Assembly: GCF_004010195.1 (NCBI RefSeq)
Contig: NC_057757.1
Span: forward strand, 7,021,402 to 7,085,401
DNA: 64,000 nucleotides
DNA from: Chiloscyllium plagiosum
Taxonomy: Eukaryota
Direction of reading: 5' to 3'
This document shows, piece after piece, positions 36,406 through 50,759 of the stretch (position 1 is its first letter; each line of letters opens with the position of its first letter). The translations under genes and the position numbers were made by a program. The notes under the pieces were generated by a model. The model searched no databases and had not been told where the DNA came from. It saw nothing but the letters and a program-made list of their open reading frames with translations.

Positions 36406-37059
36406 CTCCTCCTTTACACCGACATGGATAATTTCGAGCTTCTTTGCATTAACTCTCAACTACTATGCGTTCATCTATTTCATTGGCCAGTCAATGCCCT
36501 GTGGAGGGTCTATCCTTACTCTGCAACTTTCGAAGCATCCGTAGCTGTGCCCTCAAGTCTGAATCTCACGTACAACTAACACCCATCCTGTGGGAACCTC
36601 GCTATAAGCATTGCTCCAATTTTGGAAACCTTTCTGGAGTCACTAGGCCAAACTGGGTGAGGATGGCAGGTTAAGAATGGCAAGAAACTCGTATTATGGG
36701 GTTTTTACAACACTCGACGGTGATTGTCATCATTATCAAAGCTCTTAATTATGTTTCTTCTCCGGGAGCCAGTTTTGTACTCAAATTGCCTCTGCCCCTT
36801 ATATTCCATCCCCTTTGCCTTTGGTGAGAAATTTGTTATGAAGCACTTCTACATTTTTCACAATGCAGCTCAAACTTTGCCGTATTTAAGGAGGCCCTTC
36901 ATGCACTGTCTGTGCTGCATGGCAAGTTTCTACATGATCCAGAGGAGAGGCGATAGTACCATTTTACCTAGTGGACTAGTAATACACAGGACTTGGCTAA
37001 TGCTCTTGGGACATGGGTTCAATTTAAATTGAATAATAGATCTATTCAAGGTGGTTAAA

Positions 37060-37680
37060 AAGACATGCTTGCCTTCGTTACTCGGTCCTTTGAGTATAGG
37101 CGTTAGCGTGTCATGTTGAACTTGTATAGGACATTGATGAGGCTGCTATTGGGGTACCGTGTCCAGTTCTGGTCACCCTGCCATAGGACAGCAATTACTA
37201 AGCTCGAGAAGGTTCAGAAGAGATTTGCTAGACTGTTGCCGAGTGTGGAAGATTTATGTTATAAAGAAAGGTTGGATAGGTTGGGACTTGTTTCACTGGA
37301 GCATAGGAGGTTGAGAGGTGACCTTAGAGAAGTTCATAAAATCATGAGGGGTATGGATAGGATTAATGGTAGTTGTCTTTTCCCTAGGATGGGTGATTTC
37401 AAGACTGGGGGTGTATTTTTAAGGTGAGAAGAGAGAGATTTAAAAAAGACATTGGGGCCAAATCTTTGGTTGACCACATGTGGAATGAAATCCCTGATGA
37501 AGTGGTGGATGTGGGCACAGCCACAACATTTAAAAGACATTTGGATAAGTACGTGAATAGGAAAGGTTTGGAGAGCTAGGGGCCAGGAGCAGGCAGGTGG
37601 GACTAGTTTAGTTTGGGATTAGGTTTGGCATGGACTATTTGGGCGAAGGGTCTCTTTCTGTGCTGGATGATTCTGTAATC
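37060..37680 (+). mobile_element. CR1 LINE 3' fragment; further CR1 pieces at about 34430-35010(-), 38480-38870, 39170-39530(-), 40220-40560, 40870-41550(-), 52810-53320, 54160-54790(-), 55670-56310(-) and 58900-59650
   Basis: VQFWSP, KVQKRF and RLRGDL motifs, plus 3'UTR similarity. Confidence 0.85.
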
Positions 37681-38943
37681 AAGAGCCTTCATAGCGATGA
37701 CAACCACCGTCGATTGTAAAAACCCCATATGAGTCTCTTGACATTCTTAACCTTCCATCTTCACCCAGTTTGGCCTAGTGACTCCGGACCCACAGCAATT
37801 CTGGTTGACTGCCCTGTGCAGTGACCAATCGAGTCCTTCCATTCAAGTAAATCTGAGAAGGACAACAAATGTTGCCCTTACCAGTTAACTCCCAGGAACG
37901 ATTCAAAACATTCTATTTTTTCAAGTCCACTTCAAGTCCAACCCCTGTACAGATGTTTCCAATAGCACCTCAACCATGAAGATGTCACGGTGAGTCTTGA
38001 GTGCTTGTTTAAACCTGTTGAGGTTTCTATCTCCACTCTTCTTTCACACATTTCTTTCCATAGTCCCAGCACCCTCGAGTTGCAAATGCAACTCTTCAAC
38101 TCCCCCCTAAATGCGAACAGATTTATCAGACTGATTCATGGGCTTGTAGGACTGACAAAAGAGAGATTGGATCAATTTGGGCTATATTTATTCATAGATT
38201 CATACAGTGCAGAAAAGGCCCTTTGGCCAATGGAACCTGTACTGACATAAAAGTGCGGTTTTCCCAATTTCCTGCACTTGTCCTACTATCCTTGAATGTG
38301 ATGATATTTGAAGTGCTCATCCAAGTAGTTTTAAAAGGTTGTAAGGTTTCAGCCTCCACTACTTTCCCAGGCAGTGCATTACAAATTCCCACCACCTGCT
38401 GAGTGAAAAAGGTTTGTTTTCCCTCAAAACCCCTCTGAATCTACCACCCCTTACTCTGAAGCTATGCCTTTGTTTTACTGGAATCTTGAAGAATTGTGAG
38501 AATCTCATAGAAACCTACTCTCAGGATTGGACAGATTAGGTCAGGAAGGGTGTTCCTCATGACCGGGGAGTCTAGAATCAGAGAGTCACAGTGAAAGGGT
38601 ATGGATCAAGCCACTTGGGACTGAGATGAGGAAGAATTTCTTCACTCAGAGAGTAGTGACCCTGTGGAAATCTCTGCCACATAAAAGTGATTGAGGTCAA
38701 GACATTGAACATTTTCAAGAAACAGTTAGTTACAGTTCTCAGGGGTAAAGGGATCAAAGGGTATGAGGGAGGAAGCAGGTATAGAGGACTGAGTTGGATC
38801 ATCAGCCTTGATCCTATTGAATGACAGAACAGGTTTGAAGGGCTGAATGGCCCGCTCCTACTTCTATGTGTAATGCTTCCTCGATGTACTTTAATTGTAA
38901 TCTGATTATTGACCTCTCTCCAAAGGAAATAGGACCTTCCTCC

Positions 38944-38979
<36 letters not shown>

Positions 38980-41900
38980 TTGCCCAGAAAGATTAAACCT
39001 CTCTTCGTCATTTATTACAAAGAAAGCAACCTCAGTCGATCTAGTCTTAGAACTCAAAATTCTCTCGTCCAGGCAACATCCTTGAAAATCTCCTTTGTAT
39101 CCTCTGATGTGCAATCCCAGAACTGTACTCAGGACTCCAGCTACATTGTACAGTTCTGCCATCATAAAGTCTGAGTCATGCAGTACAGAAACAAATCCTT
39201 CCAATCCAACTCATCCAAGTTTCCCAAACTGAACTATTCCCATTTGCCCGCACTTGGCCCATTTCCTTCTCAACCTTTCCTACTCATGCACCTGTCCTAA
39301 TATCTTTTAAATGCGGTAACTGTACCTGCATCTAGCACTTCCTCTGCCAGTTCACACGAACCACTGTCTGTGTGAGAAAGTTGCCTCTCAAGTCCCTTTC
39401 AAACCTTTTTCCTGTCACCTTAAAATTATGCTTCATGGTTTTGAATCCCCCACGCTACCTTTGCTATTCGCCTTATCTAAGCCACTCATAAACCTCTGTA
39501 CGGTTACCTCAACTTCCTGTGTTCCAGTGACACTTGCCCCTTTTGTATTTTGAGGTTATAAAGGAAATAGTTTGCACAGCACAATTTGTCTCCCTTCTTC
39601 AAGTTGGTTATGATTCCTGCTTTCTCAAAGTCAGTGAGGGGGACATCTCTTCCTCCTCTCTGTCTCCCTCTCTCTTTTCCCCCCAATTGAGTGCATGGAG
39701 TTCAGATATCATCAAAACTTCAGTGTTTTTCAAAGACCTCAGCTAGAATAGGTAAAGGCAAATTTACCGTAGTCCCAAGGCCTTCATGGTGACCACAGCC
39801 AGTTTGGGAATTGAACCCATAGCTGTTGGTGTCACTCTGCATTGCAAACAGCTGTCCAGCTACCTGACAAACAACTAGGATGCCTTCAGGCCTTGTTGCA
39901 TTTTATAAAAAACATTGTTCCTTTTGATGATCTGGGTATCATTGACAAGATCACCGTTTATTCTTAAAAAAAGTATTATTCACGAAATTTATTTATAAAT
40001 ATACATTGCAAAACATTTCAGCTTGGATATTACAAAATTTACAGTCAAATTCAACGAACACAGCATATGCCACTTAATACAGTTGTAATGGCTGTCTTAT
40101 TTAACAGTACAATCGTAATGGTCCTCTCATTTACAAAATATGCTCCATGTTAGTCTGAGGGTAGAACATTTCAACTCTGAAATCACAGAAAGTGCAGTCG
40201 AATTAAACTTCTCTCCTCGTATTTCCAGGCTTGGGGAATTGAGGACAAGAGGGCATCAGTTTAAGGTTAGAAGGGGAAAGGATAAAAGGGAACCTGAGGG
40301 GCAACATATTCCATATGCGTACCACAGAGGGTGGTACGCATATGGAATAAGCTGCCAGCAGAAGTGGTTGAGGGGGGTACATTAACAATATTTAAAAGGC
40401 ATTTGGGCGAGTACATGGATAGGAAAGCTTTAGAAGGATATGAGCCAAGTGCAGGGAAATGGGGTAGATGTGGATGGACATATTGGTCAGCATGGAGCAG
40501 TTTGGGCCGAAGGACCTGTCGCCATGTTGTCGCCGTGTTGTCGGAGTCTATGACTCTATGACACCATGTTCCACTCTGAGGTGCTTCAACACATTTTCAG
40601 TACTCAGCTCTGCTGAAGAGATATACCAGATTCAGAACGTTAACTCTGCTTTTCTCTCCACAGATGCTGCCCAGACCTGCAGTATTTTCTTTACTTTTCA
40701 ATCCTCTTGATAATCATGGTGTACATTCTTTGTCAGGCACACAGCTCCAAGAGTCCTAAAGATTCAAGCCCAGTGTATTATGGCCAAAAAACCTTAGTGA
40801 CACTTCCCCATTCTATCTTTGTAAACTAAAAAGCTTGTGAGGCCATTTCAGAGGGCAGTTAAGAGTTTGGAGTCATACAGCTATACAGTACAGGAAACAG
40901 ACCCTTCGGTCCAACTTTTCATGCTGACCAGATATTCCAAATAAACCTTGTCCCATTTGCCAGACTTGGCCCATATCTCTCTAAATGCTTCCTATTCATA
41001 AACCCATCCAGATGCCTTTTAAATATAGCAATTGAACCAGCCTCCACCACTTCCTTTGTCACCTCATAGAGTCATAGAGAGGTCCAACTCTTCCATGCCG
41101 ACCAGATATCCCAACCTAATCTAGTCCCACCTGCCAGCACCTGACCCATATCCCTCCAAACCCTTCCTAGTCATATACCCGTACAGATGCCTTTTAAATG
41201 TTGTCATTGTGCCAGCCTCCATCACTTCCTCTGGCAGCTCATTCCATACGCACACCACACTCTGTATGAAAAAGTTGCCCCTTTAGGCCCCTTCTCAATT
41301 TTTCCCCTCTCACCCTGAACCTATGCCCCCTAGTTCTGGACTTCCCCAGCCCAGGGAAAAGACCTTGTCTGTTTACCCTATCTATGCCCCTCAATCCATA
41401 CACTCACCAAAAAGTTGCCACTGGGGTCCCTTTTAAATCTTTCTCCTCTCACCTTCAACCTATGCCCTGTAGATTTGGACTCTCCTAGCTGGGGGGAAAG
41501 ACCTTGGTTATTCACCCCATCTGTGCCCCTCATGAATTTATAAATATAGTTCACATGGAGACCAGACAATGTGTGAAGTTTTGCTTCAGTCAATGATAAC
41601 TGTCAATTCTATTGACAATTCCCAATCAAATAATTAATTGAAATGGAATTCTACTCATTGCTAGTGTGGGATTTGAACCCACACCCCACATTAGTTGGGT
41701 TTGTGGATTACTATATCCAGTGGGCTTTGCAACTGCATCACCATCCCCCATTGCCTCCTTGTTGCAACAGTCCCAACGATGACAGATACGGGGTTATGTG
41801 AACTAGACCATTTATTTAATGGATGACCATTCCTGATGGGAAAGAGACCGGAAAAGGGAAATGGAAAACTGAGTTGGATACTGTATTTCAGTGTGAGGAG

Positions 41901-42109
41901 GGGTAGAGGAACAAAGGTTTATTACATGTAAGCAGTGCACATTTGGAACTGAAAGTTTAAACAAGAGCTCCTGATCCATGACAAAATTGTGATCCATGAG
42001 ATAATGTGACACAAGATGGTTTAAATGTCTATCCAGGGTTTATCAATAAACTGTTCCTTCATTCGCTTTACGACCTATGTTGATTGGCTTTAGATACTTC
42101 ATAATGGTG

Positions 42110-42560
42110 AGTAAGTGACAGGGAGGGATTGAGGGATATGGTTGGAGGTAGGGATTGAAGGGATACAGTGAGAGAGAGGGATTGAGGGCTAGAGTGAGAG
42201 AGATGGATTGAAGGATATGGTTGGAAGGAGGGATTGAAGGATATGGTTGGAGGGAGGGATTGAGGGATACAGTGAGAGAGAGAGATTGAAGCATATGGTT
42301 GGAGGGATTGAGGGATATGAAGAGTGGGATTGAAGGATATGGTGTGAGGGTGGGTTTGAGAGATACTGTTGGAGAGAGATTGAGGGATACGGTCAGAGGA
42401 AGAGTTTGAGGGATACAATTGGAGGGGCGAAATGAGGGACATAGTGAGAAGGAGCGAGTGAGGTATCTGGTGAGAAGGACGGAGTGAGGGATATGGTCAA
42501 AGGGAGTGAATGATAATACGGCCAATGGAGAGAATGAGGAATACAGTGAGACAGTGGAAA
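42110..42560. repeat. Purine-rich ~24-bp minisatellite (gagggattgagggata-tggttg/cagtga)
   Basis: Direct reading of the sequence. Confidence 0.85.
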
Positions 42561-43399
42561 GATGGTAGTTTGGGCGCTGAGGGGTGGTGTCAGTGCTGAG
42601 GGTGACTTGCTGACACTGTTTATTTGGTTTTCGATGATTGCACCCTATCTTTATTATCAGATGTGATGAGCTGTATTTTTCCAGAGATGGTTACAGCCTC
42701 ATATCCAATGTCATAAAGTGTCATAAAGGTTCAATCTTCTATCTCTTTTATCAGCACTTGACATCAGTTTGAACTTGATCAGTTAGTTTTTCTCAAGGTA
42801 ACAAAAAAAAATCTAGAGGGCAAAGGATCTGCTCCAGGATGTTATTCTGGGTGGTACCTGCAAGGAGATGAGCTCAATGCTCACTGCAGTCAAAGTGAAA
42901 GACTGCATAGTCAAATATCGGCAGATAGACAGAAGATAATTGAAAGGACAGGTAGTCCTTCCCTACCCCTCCCTCCCTCAATCTCTGATCATCAAACATA
43001 GTTGGATTGATTTGAGGTTAATATAAAGTGAGGAAGGGAAGGGCTGCACAATATATGTGCATTGCTCTGGCTCCATCACGTGATCCAATGCCACAAAACG
43101 CCCCACCCAGTTGAACAGACCTTGACAGGTTTTCACAGCACCAAGTACGGATTTGCCTTATCCAAAGCTCCCTAAGGACCACAAGCTGCTTTACAGTCTA
43201 AGCAGCTCTTCCAAAGTAGTAGCACGGGGAATCGTAGAGAAAAAAGGCATCCAACACGTCCAAAGCAGGGGCTGACAAAGTGCTGATGAGGGAAACTTTC
43301 CTGATGTCAGTGGTTTGGTCTCAGAAATAAATATTTCAGACTCCCATGCTTTTCTTTCCATGTGACCATCTCTTCTGAATGGACAGCAACAACAACAGT

Positions 43400-44368
43400 A
43401 AAGCACTTTCTCAGTACTGACTCTCTTGACAGTGCGGCACTCCCTCAGCAGTGACCTTCTGACTCTGCAGTATTCCCTTGGCACTAACCCTATGACAGTG
43501 CGATGCTCTCTCAGCACTGACCTTGTGACATGAGAAGAAGTGTGGTTTTGGCACAGCTGGTCAGGCAGCATCCAAGGAGCAGGTGAGTCAATGTTTCGAG
43601 CATAAGCTGTTCATCAGGAATGTTCGAAACATGGAGAAAGCGCTTTTCCAGCACCACACATTTTGAGTCTGATCTACAGCATCTGCAGTCCTCACTTTCT
43701 CCCTGTGACAGTGTGGCACCCCCTCAGCACTGACCCTCTGACAGTGCGGCACTCCCTCAGCACTGATCCTCCGACAGTGCGGCACTCCCTCAGCACTGAT
43801 CCTCCCACAGTGCAGCACTCCCTCAGCACCGAATTTCCAGCAGTGCGGCACTCCCTCAGCACTGACCCTCCGACAGTGCGGCACTCCCTCAGCACTGATC
43901 CTCCGACAGTGCAGCACTCCCTCAGCACCGAATTTCCGGCAGTGCGGCACTCCCTCAGCACTGACCCTCCGACAGTGCGGCACTCCCTCAGCACTGATCC
44001 TCCTACAGTGCAGCACTCCGTCAGCACTGAACTTCCGGCAGTGCGGCACTCCCTCAGCACTGATCCTCCGACAGTGCAGCACTCACTCAGCACTGACCCT
44101 CCGACAGTGCGGCAGTCCCTCAGCACTGACCCTCCGACAGTGCGGCACTCCCTCAGCACTGATCCTCCGACATTGCAGCATTCCCTCAGCACTGACCCTC
44201 CGACAGTGCAGCACTCCCTCAGCACTGACCCTCCGACAGTGCGGCAGTCCCTCAGCACTGACCCTCTGACAGTGCGGCAGTCCTCAGCACTGATCCTCCG
44301 ACATTGCAGCACTCCCTCAGCACTGACCCTTCGACACCACAGCATTCCCTCAGCACTGACCCTCCGAC
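43400..44368. repeat. 33-bp minisatellite (acagtgcggcactccctcagcactgaccctccg) interrupted by a Penelope pseudo-LTR fold-back at about 43531-43700
   Basis: More than 20 units; 11-aa periodicity in the overlapping ORFs. Confidence 0.95.
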
Positions 44369-47300
44369 AAGTGGACCGTTATTGGGGATAGCCTGGAATG
44401 TGGTGTAATCATATGAGCCATAGTCTCACTGGATCCTTGGGCAAGCTTGGTGAACCGTGGCTTACCCCTGTACCTAATCTGTGTGTCTGCAAAATTCCTA
44501 ACATCCTTTGGGGAAGGAAATCCTCTGTCCTCACCCTCTCTGGCTCTTTTCTCTGAAGTTGCCAAGTGAAGCCACTCAGTTCGTGGACAATTGGCACCCA
44601 TCGTAAGCACTGGCCATGCCCACATGCAATGAAATACTGAAAAAGGAAATTAAAAGTCTGGACCTTCCATGTCTCCATTGGACTAACACCCTTCAACCCC
44701 AGTACCAACCTGGAATGTCTCTGCGGCATCTTGATTTCTTTCCTGGGGTTTGGTGCCAATGATTTAATCCAGACCCCCTACAGAGCCAGAGACGCTGTGA
44801 CTCATCAATGTTTGCACCAACAAAGCTGACGATCCTTGACAGGACCATAGCAACAGGAAAAGGCTGTTCAATAAGCTCATGACTGATCTGTAGTCTAAGC
44901 AAACATGGAGTATAAATGCAGTAGTCATTACTACTACAGGTCAGCAAGGCAATTGAAAGGAATCACACTACCCTCGGCTTTATTGGCATCTGTTCCCTCC
45001 ACCACCGATGCTCAGTCACAGCAGCATGTACCACCTACGAGATGCACTGCAGCAACTCACCTAAGATCCTTAGACAGTACCTTCCAAACCCATGACCACT
45101 TCTCTCTAGCAGGACGAAGGCAGTAGGTACATGGGAATGCCACTCCCTGCAAGTTCCCCTCCACTCCCCACCCTGACTTGGAAATAGGTCACCATTCCTC
45201 CGCTGTCGCTGGGTCACAATCCTGGAATTCCCTCCCTCAGGGTGCCATGGGTCAATCTGCAGCAGGTGGACTGCAGAGGTTCAAGAAAGCAGCTCACACC
45301 CACCTTCTCAAAGGGTAACTAGGGATAGGTAATAAATGCTGAGCCCAGCCAGCAATGCCCACCTTCCACAAATGAATAAATAAGAAAAAAAGTCAAGTAA
45401 ATGTATCGTAGAATCCCTGCAGTGTAGAAAGAGGCCTTTTGGCCCATCACGTTTGCACCAACCCTCCAAAGAGCGTCCCGCCCAGACCTAGACCCCATAA
45501 CACAGCATTTCATATGGCAAACCCACCTAGCCTGCACAGCAATTTAGCACATTCAATCCACCCTTACCAATACATCTTTGGACCGTGGAAGGAAACCAAA
45601 GCACCTGGAGGAAGCCCACGCAGACATGGGGAGAACATGCAAACTCCACACAGACAGTCTCCCCAGGCTGGAATCAAACCCAGATCCCTTGCGCTGTGAG
45701 GTAACAGTGCTAACCATCATGCCACCCAAAGTACATTGAAGCTGTAGCAAGTTTTGTTTCAGTTAAGGGCCAGGGACAAAATGGTGGTGCTACTCCTGGT
45801 CTGGCTACCTTGGCCCCTGCTCTAAACACAATAGCCCCCCACCCGTCCTGATACAAGCACAGCATCTCCTCCCTCACCTGAGGTCGCACTTGGCCACTTT
45901 CAGAAGACATGCTAAGTCGGACATAGTCAGCGAGAAGCAAGAGGTCAGCTATCTCTCCACATAAAGAGGTTAATGAGGGAGAAGAATCTACAATAGGAGG
46001 AATGCCTACAGTGCTCCCAATGAAAATAAGGTGATTCTAATCTTGCATTTTGGTGAAGGCATGTTTATGTTAACGGGTACCTCATAATTGACACAGGGGC
46101 AAGTGTCACTGTAATATCAGATAGCAACCCAGGGTTGAAAACACACTGTGTACATTTGACAGCTGTCGTGACTATTTGGTCCACAAATATACCACTTGGA
46201 AATCAAAAATATGCTGTAGACCTCGATGACATTATCGGATTTGTGGCAGGTGCTGGAAAGTGGAATTGGACTGGCTAGAATTGGGTGGCATGGGTGTTAA
46301 GTGCTTGGCACTGCTGCCTCACAGCACCAAGGACCACGGTTCAACTCCAGCCTTGTGGGTGACTGTCTGTGTGGAGAAGCACATTCTCCCCATGTCTGGG
46401 TGCTCCAGTTGCCTCCCACAATCCAAAGATGTGCTGGTGAGGTAGTTGGCCATGCTAAATTACCCCATAGTGTCCAGGGATGAGCAGGCCAGGTAGATTA
46501 GCCATGGTAATAGGGTGGGGGTGTGATTCTGGGCGGGATGCTCTTTGGACTCAATGGGCTGAATGGCGTTTTCTGCAGTGGAAGGATTCAAGTTACGTGC
46601 CTGTTTTTGATCTAAGCAGACTCAATGGGCTGAAGTGCCTTTCTCTGTCCCATCGACCATGATGACTCATAAGAATTGTCAAATACAAGGGGCATTATAT
46701 AGAAGAGGACTTGTATATATGAATTCTCAGTCTTGAACATGGATGCATGTCTTGACCTCAATCTTCTTCAAATGGTGGAAGACGTCAAGCCAGCTAGTTA
46801 AAAAAAACCCCAGTGGGGATCCAAGATGGCGGCGACCCAGCAAGTCTGAGTCTATAGTGCTCCTCCCAAGACTTCGGCAAAGTGGGCCACCCACCCCCAC
46901 CACACTCACCAAATCATTTAAAATAGCTGTTTAATTTAATTAGTTGCTTAGTATTAAATTTAACGCTTTCATTGAAGAATCCCGAAGTCGATGGGACTCA
47001 CTCTCAGCCCCGCTGCAAAAGCACGACTGAGACATTAAAGAAATCGAGCGCTGAGTCGGAAGAGCGGAGCTAAAGGCCGCGACCTCTGAAACTACAGCAC
47101 AATCAGCCGTGGATCAGGTCCGGACTCTCGAACAGCGAGTCCGGACCTTAGAGAATCATACTGATGACCTCGATAATCGAGGTCGTCGAAAAAATATTCG
47201 TTTGCTGGGCCTTCCCGAATGGGAAGAGGAAGGCCAGCTTACAGCGTTCCTCGAGCAGTGGCTGCCACAGTTTTAAAATCTGGAAGCTGGATCAGGCCAG

Positions 47301-47847
47301 GTGAGGGTAGAATGGGCCTACCGGGTTGCAATACACGGGCCCGGCTCGAACCAGCGCCCCTGCCCGGTCCTGTTCCGGCTGCAGAGCTATAAGGAGAGGC
47401 AGATACTCCTAGAAGCCTCTAGAAATCTTGGAAAAGATTCCCAAGCCATGATCTATAAAGGATCCAAGATCATGTTATTCCAGGACTTTTCCCCAGCTCT
47501 GGTCCGAAAGAGGAAGGCATTCGATGAGGCGAAGAAGTGTTTAAGGAACTTAAATATTCAATACTCCTTACGCTACCCAGCGACGTTACGCTTTAACCAT
47601 GAAGGATCCGTGGATAACTTCGGATCGTCGGAAAAGGCTAAGGAATTTTTGGACTCTCTGAGATAAATTGTAAGAGATAATGGATGTTGGTTTGCCTTTC
47701 CCCCACTCCTGTTTATATCCCCCCTCCTTTTTCTTTTTTCTTACCTTACTGTTTAATATTATCTTGGGGGGTGGGGAGAGGGATTTATTTATTTGTTCTC
47801 TATTTAACGATTTTCTCCCCCCCTTGGGTTTTTTAAATTATTATTCT

Positions 47848-47904
47848 ATGTATGTATGTGTGTATGTATATATATGTGTATATATATATGTGTATGTATG
47901 TATA

Positions 47905-47940
<36 letters not shown>
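47848..47940. repeat. (TA)n/(TG)n microsatellite in the L1 inter-ORF spacer
   Basis: Direct reading of the sequence. Confidence 0.9.
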
Positions 47941-47942
<2 letters not shown>

Positions 47943-50065
47943 AGGGGGTTTACTTAATGTTGGTGGAGGAGGTGGTTACCTTATTCTATTTTACCTCTGT
48001 CTCTAGGAGCAGGGTTGTTTTCCCTTGTTATTTTGTATTATTATATTTAATTATTATTTGTTGAGGTTGTAATTTTATGGTTATATATGTTTATACATGG
48101 TATTAACATTACCAAATATATCCAGGTGTTGGTGTGGGTGGGGTGGGGGTAGGGTGCTCACTGTTAACTGTAGCTTTGTATTATATCTGAATTCTCCTCA
48201 TCCTATTGAGGAGTGCCTGGGTCAAGGGTGGGGCGTTGGTTGGGAGAGGATACGATGGACCTTTGGAAAGGAAGTGACACCCCCTGGGAACAAGGGGGAA
48301 ATTCTCCATTTAAATACGTTTTTTTTTATTATTTAGAAATAGTTTTTTATTATACTGTTGTGAGTGTATTAGAGAGCCTTTACTTTTGTGAATTTTATAC
48401 GCTCTATGCTCGGGATATTCTGGATAGGGTTTCTCCTCCCGAGGGGTCTCGGATTTGCCCGGATGATTATGGTTGATCAGTCGGTTAAGTGGTGCACCTG
48501 GAATGTCAAGGGGAGTAATTCGCCAGTCAAAATGAAGAAAATATTATCAAATCTTAAGAAAGAAAGAGTTGATATAGCTCTCCTACAGGAGACACACCTG
48601 TTGGATAAAGAACACTTGAAATTACGACAGGGTGGATTTGATCAGGCCTTTTTTTCTTCTTTTAGCTCAAAAAGTAGGGGAGTTGTTCTTCTTGTTCGGA
48701 AGAATTTCCCTTTCAAAGTCCTAAATCAGATAAAAGACGAATCGGGACGATATATTCTGATTAAAGCCCTTATAAATGGAGAGGAATATGGGATTTTAAA
48801 TTTGTACTGCCCCCCGGCACACCCCTTTAAATTAATAACGGAAGCCTTCTCAAAATTGATAGCTCTTGGTGCCCGTCATACAATTATAGGAGGAGACTTT
48901 AATTGTATTATGGATCCGGAAATAGATAGGATTCCCAAGACTACTGCAGGAGTATCTCCCAGATCTAGACAATTGGTGGATCTGAACAAAGAATTAGGAT
49001 TAGTAGATGTATGGAGATGTCTTCATCCACAGGGTAGAGATTTTTCTTTTTACTCCAATCCACATAAATGTCATACCAGAATTGATATGTTTTTGCCCCC
49101 TCGATTTTTTTAAATTCTATATCATCCTGTAAAATAGGTAGTATAGCAATTTCCGACCACGCTGCTGTATATATGGAAACCAAGGCGAGGAACAACAGGA
49201 CATCCCCTCGGCATTGGCATATGGACCCCTTCCTAATGAAAGACAGTAAATTTGTAAAGTACTTCTCTCAAGAATTTAAAACTTTTTTAGAAATTAATTC
49301 AGGCACAGCTAGCAACCCGTCAATGAAGTGGGAGACCATCAAAGCTTACACGCGAGGCTTGATCATCTCCTACTCAGCGACCCAGAAAAAATTAAAGGGA
49401 GAACAACAGCGTCTGCTTGAAGCCCGCTTAAAAGCGGCTGAAACAGCATACACTGATAGACCCTCTATTATTAAATTGCAAAGGATTACAGCTCTTAGGA
49501 CAGCTCCAAATACTACACTTACTCAAACGGCTAAGAGGGAAATATTATTTGCAAAGCAAAGATTATATGAATATGGCGACAAACCGGGTAGATACTTAGC
49601 ATTTCTTGCAAAGAAAAAAAAGGCCCCTCAGACTATAATGTCTATCAAGGAAAGTACGGGTATTTTGACTCATGATCATAAAAAGATTAATGCGACCTTT
49701 AGAAAATTCTATTCTGAGTTATATAAATCACAGAATTGTGAAGATAGGACGAAGAGGATGCAGTCATTTTTTAAAAATTTGACTTTTCCAGACCTAACTC
49801 CGGAACAAGTATCGGTCCTAAATGCTCCTCTTACACCCCAAGAAATAGTTGATGCAATTAGGCAACTTCAAAATGGTAAGGCGCCGGGCCCAGATGGCTT
49901 TCAAGCTGAATTCTATAAAGAATTTACAGAAATACTGGTTGGTCCACTTATGGACATGTATAACTATGCATATAGCCAGGGCTGTCTCCCGCCTTCGCTG
50001 AAAGAGGCAAATATCTCTCTTATCCTTAAAAAAGGAAAGGACCCAGAAGATTGCACATCATACAG

Positions 50066-50759
50066 NNNNNNNNNNNNNNNNNNNNNNNNNNNNNNNNNNN
50101 NNNNNNNNNNNNNNNNNNNNNNNNNNNNNNNNNNNNNNNNNNNNNNNNNNNNNNNNNNNNNNNNNNNNNNNNNNNNNNNNNNNNNNNNNNNNNNNNNNNN
50201 NNNNNNNNNNNNNNNNNNNNNNNNNNNNNNNNNNNNNNNNNNNNNNNNNNNNNNNNNNNNNNNNNNNNNNNNNNNNNNNNNNNNNNNNNNNNNNNNNNNN
50301 NNNNNNNNNNNNNNNNNNNNNNNNNNNNNNNNNNNNNNNNNNNNNNNNNNNNNNNNNNNNNNNNNNNNNNNNNNNNNNNNNNNNNNNNNNNNNNNNNNNN
50401 NNNNNNNNNNNNNNNNNNNNNNNNNNNNNNNNNNNNNNNNNNNNNNNNNNNNNNNNNNNNNNNNNNNNNNNNNNNNNNNNNNNNNNNNNNNNNNNNNNNN
50501 NNNNNNNNNNNNNNNNNNNNNNNNNNNNNNNNNNNNNNNNNNNNNNNNNNNNNNNNNNNNNNNNNNNNNNNNNNNNNNNNNNNNNNNNNNNNNNNNNNNN
50601 NNNNNNNNNNNNNNNNNNNNNNNNNNNNNNNNNNNNNNNNNNNNNNNNNNNNNNNNNNNNNNNNNNNNNNNNNNNNNNNNNNNNNNNNNNNNNNNNNNNN
50701 NNNNNNNNNNNNNNNNNNNNNNNNNNNNNNNNNNNNNNNNNNNNNNNNNNNNNNNNNNN
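50066..50759. other. Assembly gap (N) inside L1 ORF2
   Basis: N run. Confidence 1.

Noticed and set aside
43060..43115. CACGTG + CCAAT + GC-box cluster as the promoter of a third gene
   Set aside because: No associated exon or CpG island found.
43588..44391. Cys/His-rich periodic ORFs on both strands; superficially CRISPR-like or zinc-finger-like
   Set aside because: They are translations of a 33-bp tandem repeat with no unique spacers and no gene structure.
45877..45945. Possible - strand exon ending CAG|GTGAGG
   Set aside because: No recognisable peptide and no partner exons.
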